Shown one piece after another: positions 9,869-18,750 of a stretch of DNA of 64,000 nucleotides (positions are counted from its first letter, which is position 1; every line of letters starts with the position of its first letter). Origin of the DNA: Verrucomicrobiota bacterium (GTDB lineage: Bacteria > Verrucomicrobiota > Verrucomicrobiia > Limisphaerales > AAA164-E04); assembly GCA_047947115.1 (NCBI GenBank), contig CP170459.1:3104001-3168000 (forward strand). Reading direction: 5' to 3'. The translations under genes were made by a program, and so were the position numbers. The notes below the pieces were generated by a model, which worked only from the letters and a program-made list of their open reading frames with translations, was not told the DNA's origin and searched no databases.

Positions 9869-10810
9869 TTAGTGTCCTGCTCTGGGATCGCCTTTGAAGT
9901 GGAAACGTGTTCCACCCAGTATTTGGTCCGACGTGACGGTGGGGCACACAAATTTTTCGATGTGTTCCACGATGAGTTCTGTCCCTTTGAAATGATCGAC
10001 ATATGGCCACATCTTGGGGTTATACATCGTGTCGGTCATATCACGCATTAAAACCACGTTTTTGCCGTTTTTGGCCATTTGCCTCAGTCCGAAGGGACGT
10101 CCTAAAACACACATGTTGGTGTGGACCCCGAGCAGGATGACGTTTTGAATGCCATGTTGTTCGAGTAGGTTCCATACCTCAATGCCATCATCGGTGATGG
10201 CGTCTTTTTCATCGATCTTCAGGGCGTCCACCTGACGGACCCATGGGGCTCCCGGGTTGCGTCCAATGCTTTCAAGATATGTTGCCCATTCTGCGTGCTC
10301 GACCAGATCATCGTCTTCGCCTCCATCGGATTGATCGATCGGATAGACACCTTGTTCTTCGCTGGGGATGATGTAGCACCAGGATTCAATCTGTTCGGGC
10401 AGGTTGGCGGCTTTGGGGGCGGATGCTGCCTTCAATCGTCCTGGGTGGCCTTTGTAGAAATCCATGCAACTGCTCGGTGCGTGGATGATCAATGCTCCGG
10501 CGTCACGTGCCTTGATCAGTACATCGTTCATGCGGGGGGCCATTTCGCCCACACGGGTGACGGCGTTTTTGCAGTGATGAAGATCCCACATATCGCACAC
10601 TATGACCGCAGTTTGCTTTGGATTCCATGATTCCCTTGTTTCTTTAACGACATAGTCAAGGCCCGAGGTGGGTGCTTTCTGTCGGTCTCGCAGGGTCATT
10701 TCAAAATTGCCTGCTGCCTGTGTCATGGTGGATAAGGAGAGCCAAAGTGTCAGTGCCAGGGTGCCAGGGCGCACGCCTTCTTTGCGAAAAGGAACGAAGG
10801 TGGAGTTCAT
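9869..10810 (-). CDS. Secreted isochorismatase/nicotinamidase-like cysteine hydrolase
   Basis: AVIVCDMWD (catalytic Asp), IIHAPS, LLGVHTNMCV (catalytic Cys), RDMTD; N-terminal signal peptide. Confidence 0.75.
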   Translation of the reverse strand: MNSTFVPFRKEGVRPGTLALTLWLSLSTMTQAAGNFEMTLRDRQKAPTSGLDYVVKETRESWNPKQTAVIVCDMWDLHHCKNAVTRVGEMAPRMNDVLIKARDAGALIIHAPSSCMDFYKGHPGRLKAASAPKAANLPEQIESWCYIIPSEEQGVYPIDQSDGGEDDDLVEHAEWATYLESIGRNPGAPWVRQVDALKIDEKDAITDDGIEVWNLLEQHGIQNVILLGVHTNMCVLGRPFGLRQMAKNGKNVVLMRDMTDTMYNPKMWPYVDHFKGTELIVEHIEKFVCPTVTSDQILGGTRFHFKGDPRAGH

Positions 10811-10865
10811 GAGATGGATTCATAATGCAGATGCACAGTGCGTGCAATGTGAAAGTGAGGTCCGT

Positions 10866-10914
10866 ACAAAGAAGATCCGGCAGCTGAGTGGATCTATAAG
10901 ATTCAGCTGCCGGA
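10866..10914 (-). terminator. Intrinsic terminator
   Basis: Perfect 12-bp stem TCCGGCAGCTGA (10876-87) / TCAGCTGCCGGA (10903-14), followed on the minus strand by TCTTCTTTGT. Confidence 0.75.
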
Positions 10915-10929
10915 CGATGATTAAATCCC

Positions 10930-11019
10930 TCATCTCAAGCAGGACACCGTGTAAACCCGGTGCGTTGTAAGCCTAAGTGGTCGGGTTTCTTCCGTTCCGA
11001 TACGGAAGAGGCTGGGCAT
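10930..11019 (-). CDS. Candidate 29-aa peptide MPSLFRIGTEETRPLRLTTHRVYTVSCLR
   Basis: ATG…TGA inside the candidate transcript; below the ORF-track size cutoff; no clear adjacent SD. Confidence 0.35.
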   Translation of the reverse strand: MPSLFRIGTEETRPLRLTTHRVYTVSCLR

Positions 11020-11065
11020 GTGAGCGAACCTGTTGTCTCTCACATGTGATCCACGCTCCTATTAC

Positions 11066-11081
11066 AGCATGATTTGTGCCA
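11066..11081 (-). promoter_or_regulatory. Sigma-54 (RpoN) -24/-12 promoter
   Basis: Minus strand TGGCACAAATCATGCT: exact GG-N10-GC spacing with TGGCAC and TGC(T). Confidence 0.65.
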
Positions 11082-11141
11082 TGCGCAAATTCTTGTTTAA
11101 AACTCATTAAAATCGCGAAAAAACGGGTTTTTACGAAGAGT

Positions 11142-11159
11142 TGTCACAGAAAGATGACA
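11142..11159. promoter_or_regulatory. Palindrome TGTCA-N8-TGACA, candidate enhancer-binding-protein site
   Basis: Perfect 5-bp arms about 90-100 bp upstream of the predicted sigma-54 start site. Confidence 0.4.
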
Positions 11160-11240
11160 TATGTTATCGGCAAATCCTTCCTCGATATGAGGAAAAAGTT
11201 TCAAAAAGGGACAATATGGCCTATCTGAGACAATGACGCC

Positions 11241-11276
11241 AAAAAAACGCCGTGATGGGAGTTATCATCACGGCGT
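11241..11276 (-). terminator. Intrinsic terminator of the prepilin-like gene
   Basis: 11-bp stem ACGCCGTGATG/CATCACGGCGT ending in a T7 run on the minus strand. Confidence 0.85.
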
Positions 11277-11342
11277 CGTGGTAAAAGATGATTTTATGTT
11301 GAATCGCAGGGGGCTACAGTATGCTGGACATCACGTCCTCAA

Positions 11343-12212
11343 CTATCTCACCGCACTGATCTGTCGCGTGCTTCTTTCCTGCATCCAGAACACGTCTGCA
11401 TTATTTGGAGAAGGCACATTCAATGGGATATTGCTTTTGGACAGCGTTGGCACGGTACGGGGATCGGTCCAGCGATGGATTTCAGAATGTCCGTCGGCAA
11501 AGGCGAAGGTAGCTGCTCCGTTATGGTAACTGGCGGGGTAATCGACTATTTTCCAACTTCCACCGCTGTCCGGATATCCCTGCATGGGAACCACGAAGTA
11601 TCCATCATTGATGCTGTCCTCGCGTTCATCCAAAAGGACAAAGGTTTGGGACGGGCCAGGAACGTTCATGTCTGCATCTTTGGCGTAAACCTTCCAGCCT
11701 GGTCCTGATTCTCCCCAACCCGGTCCGCCTACCCAGTTGTTCATGGACATGCTTCGAATTCTAGGGACTCGCTGACCTTGCGCATTGATGCCGAAAGTTT
11801 TATCGGCAGGGCATTTCCAGATTTTTTCACTTCCTCCGGTGTAAGGCCATAACACGCTTTTGTGGGTGTATAGTTCATGGTTCCAGTTATTTGCGTCTCG
11901 TTGATTGCCTAAAGTCAACCAACTGCCCCCGGTCCAGTTGGGGATATTACGCCCCTGGTTTGACCAGCTGGCAGCCCCAACCAATTTGCCTTCGTTGTCA
12001 TCGCTGTAGAAGCGCCAGGCCAGCATCATCTGTTTGTTGTTGTTCATACAGAGGATGCCCTGGGCTTTGGTTTTGGCCTTACTGAGTGCCGGGAGAAGCA
12101 TGCCTGCCAGGATGGCGATAATGGCAATGACGACCAGGAGTTCAATCAGCGTGAAGCCGTTGTTTAAGCCAAGGCGTGGTGAACGCTTCCATTGAGAATG
12201 CTTGAGTTGCAT
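11343..12212 (-). CDS. Prepilin-type N-terminal cleavage/methylation protein with H-X9-DG domain
   Basis: [42 protein letters not shown]. Confidence 0.92.
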   Translation of the reverse strand: MQLKHSQWKRSPRLGLNNGFTLIELLVVIAIIAILAGMLLPALSKAKTKAQGILCMNNNKQMMLAWRFYSDDNEGKLVGAASWSNQGRNIPNWTGGSWLTLGNQRDANNWNHELYTHKSVLWPYTGGSEKIWKCPADKTFGINAQGQRVPRIRSMSMNNWVGGPGWGESGPGWKVYAKDADMNVPGPSQTFVLLDEREDSINDGYFVVPMQGYPDSGGSWKIVDYPASYHNGAATFAFADGHSEIHRWTDPRTVPTLSKSNIPLNVPSPNNADVFWMQERSTRQISAVR

Positions 12213-12379
12213 AGGTGTTTGTTTGTTATTCGGTGTTTCGGATGTGGTATGTTTATGACATCAGCACCCAAATGGCAAGTACAGCATTAGCGTTAAAGGT
12301 GTGCATTTACAGTCACACGATCGACTTGCTCGCGCTGTGAAATGGATGTTGACCAGACGCTTTCGAAAACAGTGAAAGC

Positions 12380-13624
12380 TTAGAACCTCTGAGTGTAGGT
12401 TAATGAAAACAGGTGCACATCAATATCGTAAGAACCATCGAAAAGACCGCCCTGGTTGATGACTCGATCTTGATACAACACCAGCCCATATCCCAAATCG
12501 ATGGAATAGCTGTCCGTGCCGTAGCCCACACCACAGGTCAGCACATTTTGGTCCGAATCCGGAGTGGTCAAAGAGTAGGTTGAGTTCGGTACGGGGCTTT
12601 CAAAGTATTGGTAACCGGCACGAAAGATCCAATTTTCGGCAAATTTCCAATCACCACCGATCCCGATGGTCATGGTGTCCTTCCAATTTTGTGGCAGGGA
12701 AGTTGGCAGTCCGGGAATAGGGAATCCTGTTTGAGTGGGGAGTGTGTCGAAATTGGAGAATTGCAGGTATTCGATATCAGCTTCCAGGCGGACGGTATCG
12801 GTCAGTTGGATACCGTATCCAAAGTGTAATTGAGTGGGGAATTCGATTTCAGAGTTGAAAGAGGTGCTCAAGTTGACGCCTCCGGCGGGTACGGACATTT
12901 GGAAATCACCGTCATAGTCCACCGTGATTGGCGAGCGGGCTGCCAATGCCAGGCGGTGGCGCGTACCGATTTTCCACGTAACCCCCACATTGGCTCCGGC
13001 GCCGACACCGTCACCTTCCGCCCGGAATCCCCCGTCCGGGAAAACATGTTGTCTGAAAGTGAGTTGAGACCATTGAACATCCACGCCTACCCCCACGGAA
13101 ATGTCTTCGTTCAAATTGAACGCAAAGGTTGGATTGACAAGGATCGTTTGCAATTCGCTGTAATTGGGTGATGTGTAACGGAGGGATGCAGGATTGGCGA
13201 CATCCGCAAATCCCCCTGAATTTTTCCATTCATTGGATAAACCATAAGGACTCGAAACCCCCAGCCCCACCCGATATTTACCGTCCATGATGGGAATTGA
13301 TGTGTAGGCCGAAGGCAGGAGTTTCCACCGGTTTTCGGTGGTGGCGGTGGCTCCGGAAACATTGGTGTGATCCACTCCAATGTAAAGCGGATCGAAACTT
13401 ATGTTCACTTCCGGGGTTTCCAGATCCATTAGATTGGCTGGATTATGGGTGATGGCGCTGGCATTTTCGACATGAGCGATTCTTCCCCCGGATCTCCCCA
13501 AGTTGGTTGCTCCGGATGTTGGATTGCGAATTCCTTCTCCGAGTGCAGGCAGGATGGTTGTGGTGGCCAGAATCGCTGTGGCGAAGCAGCTGATATGTGT
13601 TTGATTGGTCATTTCAGGGTGCAA
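12380..13624 (-). CDS. FadL/OmpP1-family outer-membrane transporter
   Basis: Signal peptide; ASAITHNPA, SPYGL, NPT, FRAGY, PDSD; C-terminal Phe. Confidence 0.88.
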   Translation of the reverse strand: MHPEMTNQTHISCFATAILATTTILPALGEGIRNPTSGATNLGRSGGRIAHVENASAITHNPANLMDLETPEVNISFDPLYIGVDHTNVSGATATTENRWKLLPSAYTSIPIMDGKYRVGLGVSSPYGLSNEWKNSGGFADVANPASLRYTSPNYSELQTILVNPTFAFNLNEDISVGVGVDVQWSQLTFRQHVFPDGGFRAEGDGVGAGANVGVTWKIGTRHRLALAARSPITVDYDGDFQMSVPAGGVNLSTSFNSEIEFPTQLHFGYGIQLTDTVRLEADIEYLQFSNFDTLPTQTGFPIPGLPTSLPQNWKDTMTIGIGGDWKFAENWIFRAGYQYFESPVPNSTYSLTTPDSDQNVLTCGVGYGTDSYSIDLGYGLVLYQDRVINQGGLFDGSYDIDVHLFSLTYTQRF

Positions 13625-13832
13625 TGGTTGATCTGTTGAGGCACTCTGTCCATTACGCGATCGGCTTCATGTCGGGTAATTTGAGGGTGCCGTTTTGATT
13701 TGCCCACATCGGGGCATTCTTGGCAACATTCTTTTCGGCATTTGAAGCGAGTGGGTTGAGTTCCTTGATGGATAATTTAAGAAATCATCGGCTGTTTGGA
13801 GTGTCTTTCAAACTTTTTGATTTATTGATAGT

Positions 13833-14714
13833 ATGAATATGAAACCGGTTTTCGTCATTGCCATCATATTGGTTGGCATTTTTGCATTTATGGGAGGACG
13901 CATGGTCGTGTCCCCTAAACTGGAGACAGCTCAGGGCATCGTTGTCCAACTGGAAAAGGACAAGAAAACCCTTGAGGACCAGTTGGAAAACATGAAAGAC
14001 GGTCTAATGACCGATGCGGAAAAGCGTCGTATTGAACGTGAGCGCAAGGAGCTGGCCAGCTTGAGAGGGGAGGTTTCCCAACTGAGGAAAAAGGTAGCCG
14101 AGTTGGAAACCGCCCAGAAGACCGCCGCCAAGGCTTCCGGCAAGGCTGAACCTGCAGAGGAAGAGGATACATTCACACCAGCCGACTATTATGCTGCATC
14201 CGTCAATGTTGAGGTGGAACCCGGCATGACTCTGGTGACTGGCGGGTGGCAAACCTCCAAAGGGCGGCGTACTTATGTATTCCTGACGCCGAAAAAGGGA
14301 GATTCACCCGATGGTTCAGCATATGTGCAGATTTCGACCCGTGTGGCCAATATAGCCGATGCTGATCTGGGCTTGTTTCAATTGCAGGGCATGAAAGCCA
14401 GTGGAAATGAAACTGAAAACGCCGGTGGTTTTGGCGAGGATGACATCAAAGCACTTTACGAGAACCTTCAACAAAATCCAAACGCGACCATCATGTCTTC
14501 ACCTTCCCTGGTGACCGCATCCGGTCGAGAAGGTGTGGTTCAAACCATATACGCTCATCAAGTGGACGGTGAACTGGAGCGTCGTCAGTTGGAAATTGGT
14601 GTGCTTCCGGTGGTGAATGATGAAGGAATCATCGAACTCAATCTGGCTGCTACCATCAATGAAGCGCCAACAGCTGCCGCTGCGGGTGGTGCGGTTGTGG
14701 CTCCTGCACAGTGA
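13833..14714 (+). CDS. Membrane-anchored coiled-coil hypothetical protein
   Basis: N-terminal TM, coiled coil ELASLRGEVSQLRK, C-terminal MSSPSLVTASGREG. Confidence 0.7.
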   Translation: MNMKPVFVIAIILVGIFAFMGGRMVVSPKLETAQGIVVQLEKDKKTLEDQLENMKDGLMTDAEKRRIERERKELASLRGEVSQLRKKVAELETAQKTAAKASGKAEPAEEEDTFTPADYYAASVNVEVEPGMTLVTGGWQTSKGRRTYVFLTPKKGDSPDGSAYVQISTRVANIADADLGLFQLQGMKASGNETENAGGFGEDDIKALYENLQQNPNATIMSSPSLVTASGREGVVQTIYAHQVDGELERRQLEIGVLPVVNDEGIIELNLAATINEAPTAAAAGGAVVAPAQ

Positions 14715-14806
14715 TTTCGTTCCGGTGATTGCTTCTGAATGAGAGGGTGTGCTTATCGGAGAATGCGCATAAGTGAATGCAGAGGTGTGGATTCAAAACC
14801 GAACCG

Positions 14807-16126
14807 CTACGGCTCTGCGGTTTCTTCTGATACAATGGAAGGTTCGGCGATGTAATCCGCGAATTTGGATTGGTGGACCGCCAGTTTGACTTTCAGGTGA
14901 GTGGCATCATCTTCCAGTTCCACATCATAGCGATAATGCCCGCCGCCCCAGCTTTTGCCGCCGGTGTTGATCGTGCGGCCGTGATTGTTCACAACTTCGA
15001 AAAGGTCGAGCCGTAATTCTTCGGGCATGTCGTCCACGCGAATTTCAAAGGTGTGTTCCTTGGGGTTCCTGCGGCTTTATGAATCCGCTTTTGAGCCGTC
15101 CAGAAGCAGCCCGTTTTGATCGGCTATACCCTGCACTTTGACGGTTCGTTCGTGCATCACGCGGCTGACGAGATTTGTTCGATAATCAGGCGCATTGGGG
15201 AGGGGGATCTCGACCGACCAGATATCTTCAGGGAGAAAGTTTTGTTTGCGGGCAAATTGCGTTCTTACCTTCCATGCTTCACCCGGAAACAGTCCCGAGT
15301 CAAAGGTGATGGTTACTTTTCCGTCCTTTTCCCGATTGCTCCATGAGTGATTTTTGGCTCTGTTGCCCATGCCGTCTTCAAGCCAGATGTTTACCGCCTG
15401 CCAGTCTTCGGTGATTTCCCCATCTTGGTGCACCTGGAATGTGGCTCGCGCATCATGGGAGCCAAATCGCTTTTCCGGGCGTTTAGGTGGGTTTTCAGGA
15501 TCAGGCAATTCCAGGCCGATCATAGTGAATTGCATGTTGTCGATCTCGAAGGAGCTTGGCAGGTGATTTCCCTCAAATGGTTTCGCCTTTGAAATCATTG
15601 GATTCTGTATGACCAACTCAGCTTCGATATTTTGATTCCAATTTTCGAGGCGAAGTTTGAAAAAGGGAGATCGGCGGGGGTAAATGTCTACTTCAAATCC
15701 TGCCCAATGTATGTTTCCATTGGCGGTGATTTTGTTTCCCCTGTTTCCCCAGTGGCTCAGTTCGCTTGCGTAACCATCTGTGACCACAACCATTTTCCTT
15801 CCATTCCAATCTGAGGACCTACCTTTCCACTGTAACCAGATCATGAGTGTCTCAGTTTTTGTTTGTCTCAAATTGGGAGTGCGAATGCCGAATCTCTGCT
15901 GAAGGGAAGGGGGCACTATTTGGAGCAGGCGTGTCCAGGGGCCGGTGATGGGGTTGTGATGCACTTTTCCGTAAGTGACTCCCACTAGTTCCACGACAGA
16001 ACCGTCCGGACAGACTACGGATTGTTTGGGCTGATGGATCGTCTGAAACAGAAACAAGCCAATCACCAAAACCGCCATCAGGCAGAGGATCATCGGAATG
16101 ATGATAAATATCCTTCGTATTGCCAT
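14807..16126 (-). pseudogene. Membrane-anchored hypothetical protein interrupted by one in-frame TAA at 15077-15079
   Basis: ORFs 15077-16126 and 14807-15037 share a frame; read-through gives …GSKADS*SRRNPKEHTFEIRVDDMPEEL…. Confidence 0.65.
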
Positions 16127-16413
16127 GGGCGTTAGTCAATCATGAACATGTGTATCGTGCACTTACAAATCCGAGTTGATATTTGAATGCAGCATTTGGG
16201 AGAGTCTCGTAACAACTTACGTGCTTGTGAGATGGGGAGCAGTTCAATATTTGACCATGGAGGTGTGATCCCGAACGCGGGACTCACATCCAAACTTTCC
16301 CTCCTCGAAAGCGTTACTGAGCAAACGAGGTGGAGCGTCGGGAGACTTGGGTCCATCGAAGGACTGTGGCGTTTCCTTGGCAGCGTGAAAATGGTTCCAA
16401 ATTTCCGAGGTTT

Positions 16414-16486
16414 GGAATGGGTGCAAGACCGAGTTTACCCTTTCCGGAGATAATGGGTTTCCATTTTTTGGTCTGCACCCCTTTCC
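16414..16486. repeat. Imperfect inverted repeat (REP-like) just after the dehydrogenase stop
   Basis: GGAATGGGTGCAAGACC (16414-30) against the reverse complement of GGTCTGCACCCCTTTCC (16470-86). Confidence 0.5.
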
Positions 16487-17512
16487 TCAGGCCATTTCGA
16501 TGATGGCCTTGATGACGCCTGTTTCGGGGCGGGTGAATCCTTCAAAATCGTTCGGCACGTCTTCGAATGAAGTCCGGTGAGTGATCCAGGGGTTGGTGTT
16601 GATGGTGCCGTTTTCGATAAGTCCAATGATGCGTCCGAAGTCCTTGGGCAGCGCGTTGCGGCTTGCTTTGAGCGTGATTTCAGGTTTGTGCAGCACCGGG
16701 TGTTTGAATGAGACAGCTTCGGTTGTGATGCCCACATAGACGAGTGATCCGGTGTGTGCCACGTATTGGAGCGCGTTGGACATGGAGTGCTGGTTGCCTG
16801 TGGCATCGGTCACGACGGCGTATTTATCTCCACCGGTGCATTCCATGATTTGGTCCATTTCGGTTCCGTCGCCTTTGAACTGGATGGTGTGCGCCACACC
16901 GTAAGTTGATTTGCAGAATTCCAATCGGCTGGGGACCATGTCCATGACGGTGACGGTGGCATCTGTCAGGCGAGTAAATTCGAGCGTGGCCAATCCGATC
17001 GGGCCTGCGCCAATGATGAGGACGTGGTCTCCTTTGCCAGGGGCGCCTCGATCGGTTGCGTGGCATCCAATGGCCAAGGTTTCCACCAGCGCGAGTTGAT
17101 CGAAGCTGAGTTTTGTGCTGGGATGCAGCTTTTCCGCGCGCACCAGAAATTGTTCGCGCATGCCTCCGTCTTCCATGACGCCAATGACCTTGAGCGTTTC
17201 GCAGCAATTGGATGCCCCTTTGCGGCATGGATAGCAATGTCCGCAGTTCATGTAAGGTTCGATGGAGCAGTGATCGCCGGCTTTGATGTTGGTAACGCCT
17301 TCACCCACCTCAAGTACTTCGACGCCAAGTTCGTGGCCGGGAATACGCGGATAGCTGAAAAAAGGCATTTTGCCGAGGTAACCGGAGTAATCGGTACCGC
17401 AGATACCGATACGATGGACTTTGACCAGGGCCTGCCCTGGGGCTGGGGAGCCGGGCTCATCCATTTGGATGTGTTTGAAGGATTTGGGTTCGGTTAATTG
17501 TAACGCTTTCAT
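16487..17512 (-). CDS. Zinc-dependent medium-chain (sugar-acid) dehydrogenase
   Basis: GICGTD, GHE, CGHCYPC…C, GAGPIG, ASRNA. Confidence 0.9.
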   Translation of the reverse strand: MKALQLTEPKSFKHIQMDEPGSPAPGQALVKVHRIGICGTDYSGYLGKMPFFSYPRIPGHELGVEVLEVGEGVTNIKAGDHCSIEPYMNCGHCYPCRKGASNCCETLKVIGVMEDGGMREQFLVRAEKLHPSTKLSFDQLALVETLAIGCHATDRGAPGKGDHVLIIGAGPIGLATLEFTRLTDATVTVMDMVPSRLEFCKSTYGVAHTIQFKGDGTEMDQIMECTGGDKYAVVTDATGNQHSMSNALQYVAHTGSLVYVGITTEAVSFKHPVLHKPEITLKASRNALPKDFGRIIGLIENGTINTNPWITHRTSFEDVPNDFEGFTRPETGVIKAIIEMA

Positions 17513-17552
17513 GGGTTATTGCCTGGATGGGAAAGGGGGGTGTTTTTATTTT

Positions 17553-17709
17553 TTTAACCGCAGATTTCACTGATTATCGCAGATAGATATAGGGAAAAGC
17601 AGGGTCCTGGTTTTTGGGTTGCTGCATTCAGTTTCCTAAATATTTTTAAAGTGGAATGACACAGTTTTGTGGTTGCAATCTGCGTAAATCTGCGAAATCT
17701 GCGGTTAAA
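17553..17709. repeat. MITE/REP-like element with ~32-bp imperfect terminal inverted repeats made of CGCAGAT units
   Basis: TTTAACCGCAGATTTCACTGATTATCGCAGAT … ATCTGCGTAAATCTGCGAAATCTGCGGTTAAA around an AT-rich spacer. Confidence 0.75.
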
Positions 17710-17726
17710 CCTGTTTAATGAGTTTC

Positions 17727-18659
17727 CTAATTGTTTTCGGGTAAGCCTTCGGCGTGACCGATATTTTTGACGGGTTCGAAGATGGCCTGGACTTCTTTCA
17801 GGAGTTCCCGGTCGATCGGTTCCGCTGCCCATTCGGCCCATTTGCGGATGTTGTTGGGATTGGCGCTGCCGGCGATGGTGGTGGTCATGTCCGGGTTCTC
17901 GATAGAGAACTGCAAGGCCAACTTGGCAATGTCGACTCCTTTGGCTTCACAGACCGCGGCGGCTTTGCGTGCAGCTTGTTTGACGGATTCAGGTTCTTTT
18001 AACCAGTCTGGCAACGGAGCGTTGGTCAGGAGACGTGCTGAAAACGGTCCTGCGTTCATGATGCCCACGCCTTTCTCTTTCAGGTAAGGGACCGTTTCAT
18101 CGGCGAAACGTGTGTTCTGAAGGGTGTATTGATTGTAGCTTAACACGCAGTCCACATCGATTTGATCAATGATGAATTTGAAAATTTTCTGAGGATAACC
18201 GCTGAAACCGATGTAGCGCACTTTGCCTTCTTGTTGGGCTTTCTTCAGCGCGGGGATGGTTTCGTCGACGATTTGCTGCATGGGGACAAATTCGATGTCA
18301 TGGCACAGAGCAATGTCCAGGTGATCGATGCCTAGACGGTGCAGGCTGACGTCAACGCTTTCCGCGACGCGCTTTGCGGAAAAGTCGAAATGTTGAAGAT
18401 GATACCGTCCCAGTTTGGTGCAAAGGATATAGTTCTCTCGCGGCACATCGCGAAGAGCCATGCCGAGCAACACCTCACTCATACCTCTTCCGTAAAAAGG
18501 GGAGGTGTCAATCAGGTTCATGCCACATTCGAGGGATACGTGAACACTTTTCATCGCCTCGTCCAGTTGAATCGGTCTGAATTCCTGTCCCAGCGATGAA
18601 GCCCCGAATCCCACGACAGGTAGTTGAAGGTCTGTATTACCCAATTTCCTCGTTTCCAT
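17727..18659 (-). CDS. Aldo/keto reductase, L-galactose/L-fucose dehydrogenase-like
   Basis: GFGASSLG, DTSPFYG, TKLGRY, HDIEF, GKVRYIG. Confidence 0.85.
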   Translation of the reverse strand: METRKLGNTDLQLPVVGFGASSLGQEFRPIQLDEAMKSVHVSLECGMNLIDTSPFYGRGMSEVLLGMALRDVPRENYILCTKLGRYHLQHFDFSAKRVAESVDVSLHRLGIDHLDIALCHDIEFVPMQQIVDETIPALKKAQQEGKVRYIGFSGYPQKIFKFIIDQIDVDCVLSYNQYTLQNTRFADETVPYLKEKGVGIMNAGPFSARLLTNAPLPDWLKEPESVKQAARKAAAVCEAKGVDIAKLALQFSIENPDMTTTIAGSANPNNIRKWAEWAAEPIDRELLKEVQAIFEPVKNIGHAEGLPENN

Positions 18660-18694
18660 GATTTGATTATGCGGATGTCAATGTCACATGCAAA

Positions 18695-18726
18695 CACCCG
18701 TCTGAGAAAAATTCCCGGACGGGTGC
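18695..18726 (-). terminator. Probable hairpin terminator downstream of clpC
   Basis: CACCCGTC…GACGGGTG stem 25 nt after the clpC stop; weak T-tract. Confidence 0.5.
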
Positions 18727-18750
18727 GCTTGCTTTCAAATGGTTATGTAT

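Larger units (their letters stand above)
10866..11055 (-). ncRNA. Candidate structured small RNA or small-peptide mRNA (~190 nt)
   Basis: Bounded by a sigma-54-like promoter and a terminator; hairpins at 11017-46, 10988-11009 and 10945-62. Confidence 0.5.

Noticed and set aside
10832..10848. TGCAC-N5-GTGCA as an NtrC site
   Set aside because: NtrC spacing is TGCAC-N7-GTGCA, and this site lies downstream of the sigma-54 promoter.
10930..11050. c-di-GMP riboswitch or CsrB-like RNA
   Set aside because: Lacks the c-di-GMP-I core and GNRA/receptor pattern; only one loop GGA, too few for a CsrA sponge.
16132..16453. Short overlapping ORFs on both strands
   Set aside because: No SD, motif or protein-like composition favours any of them.
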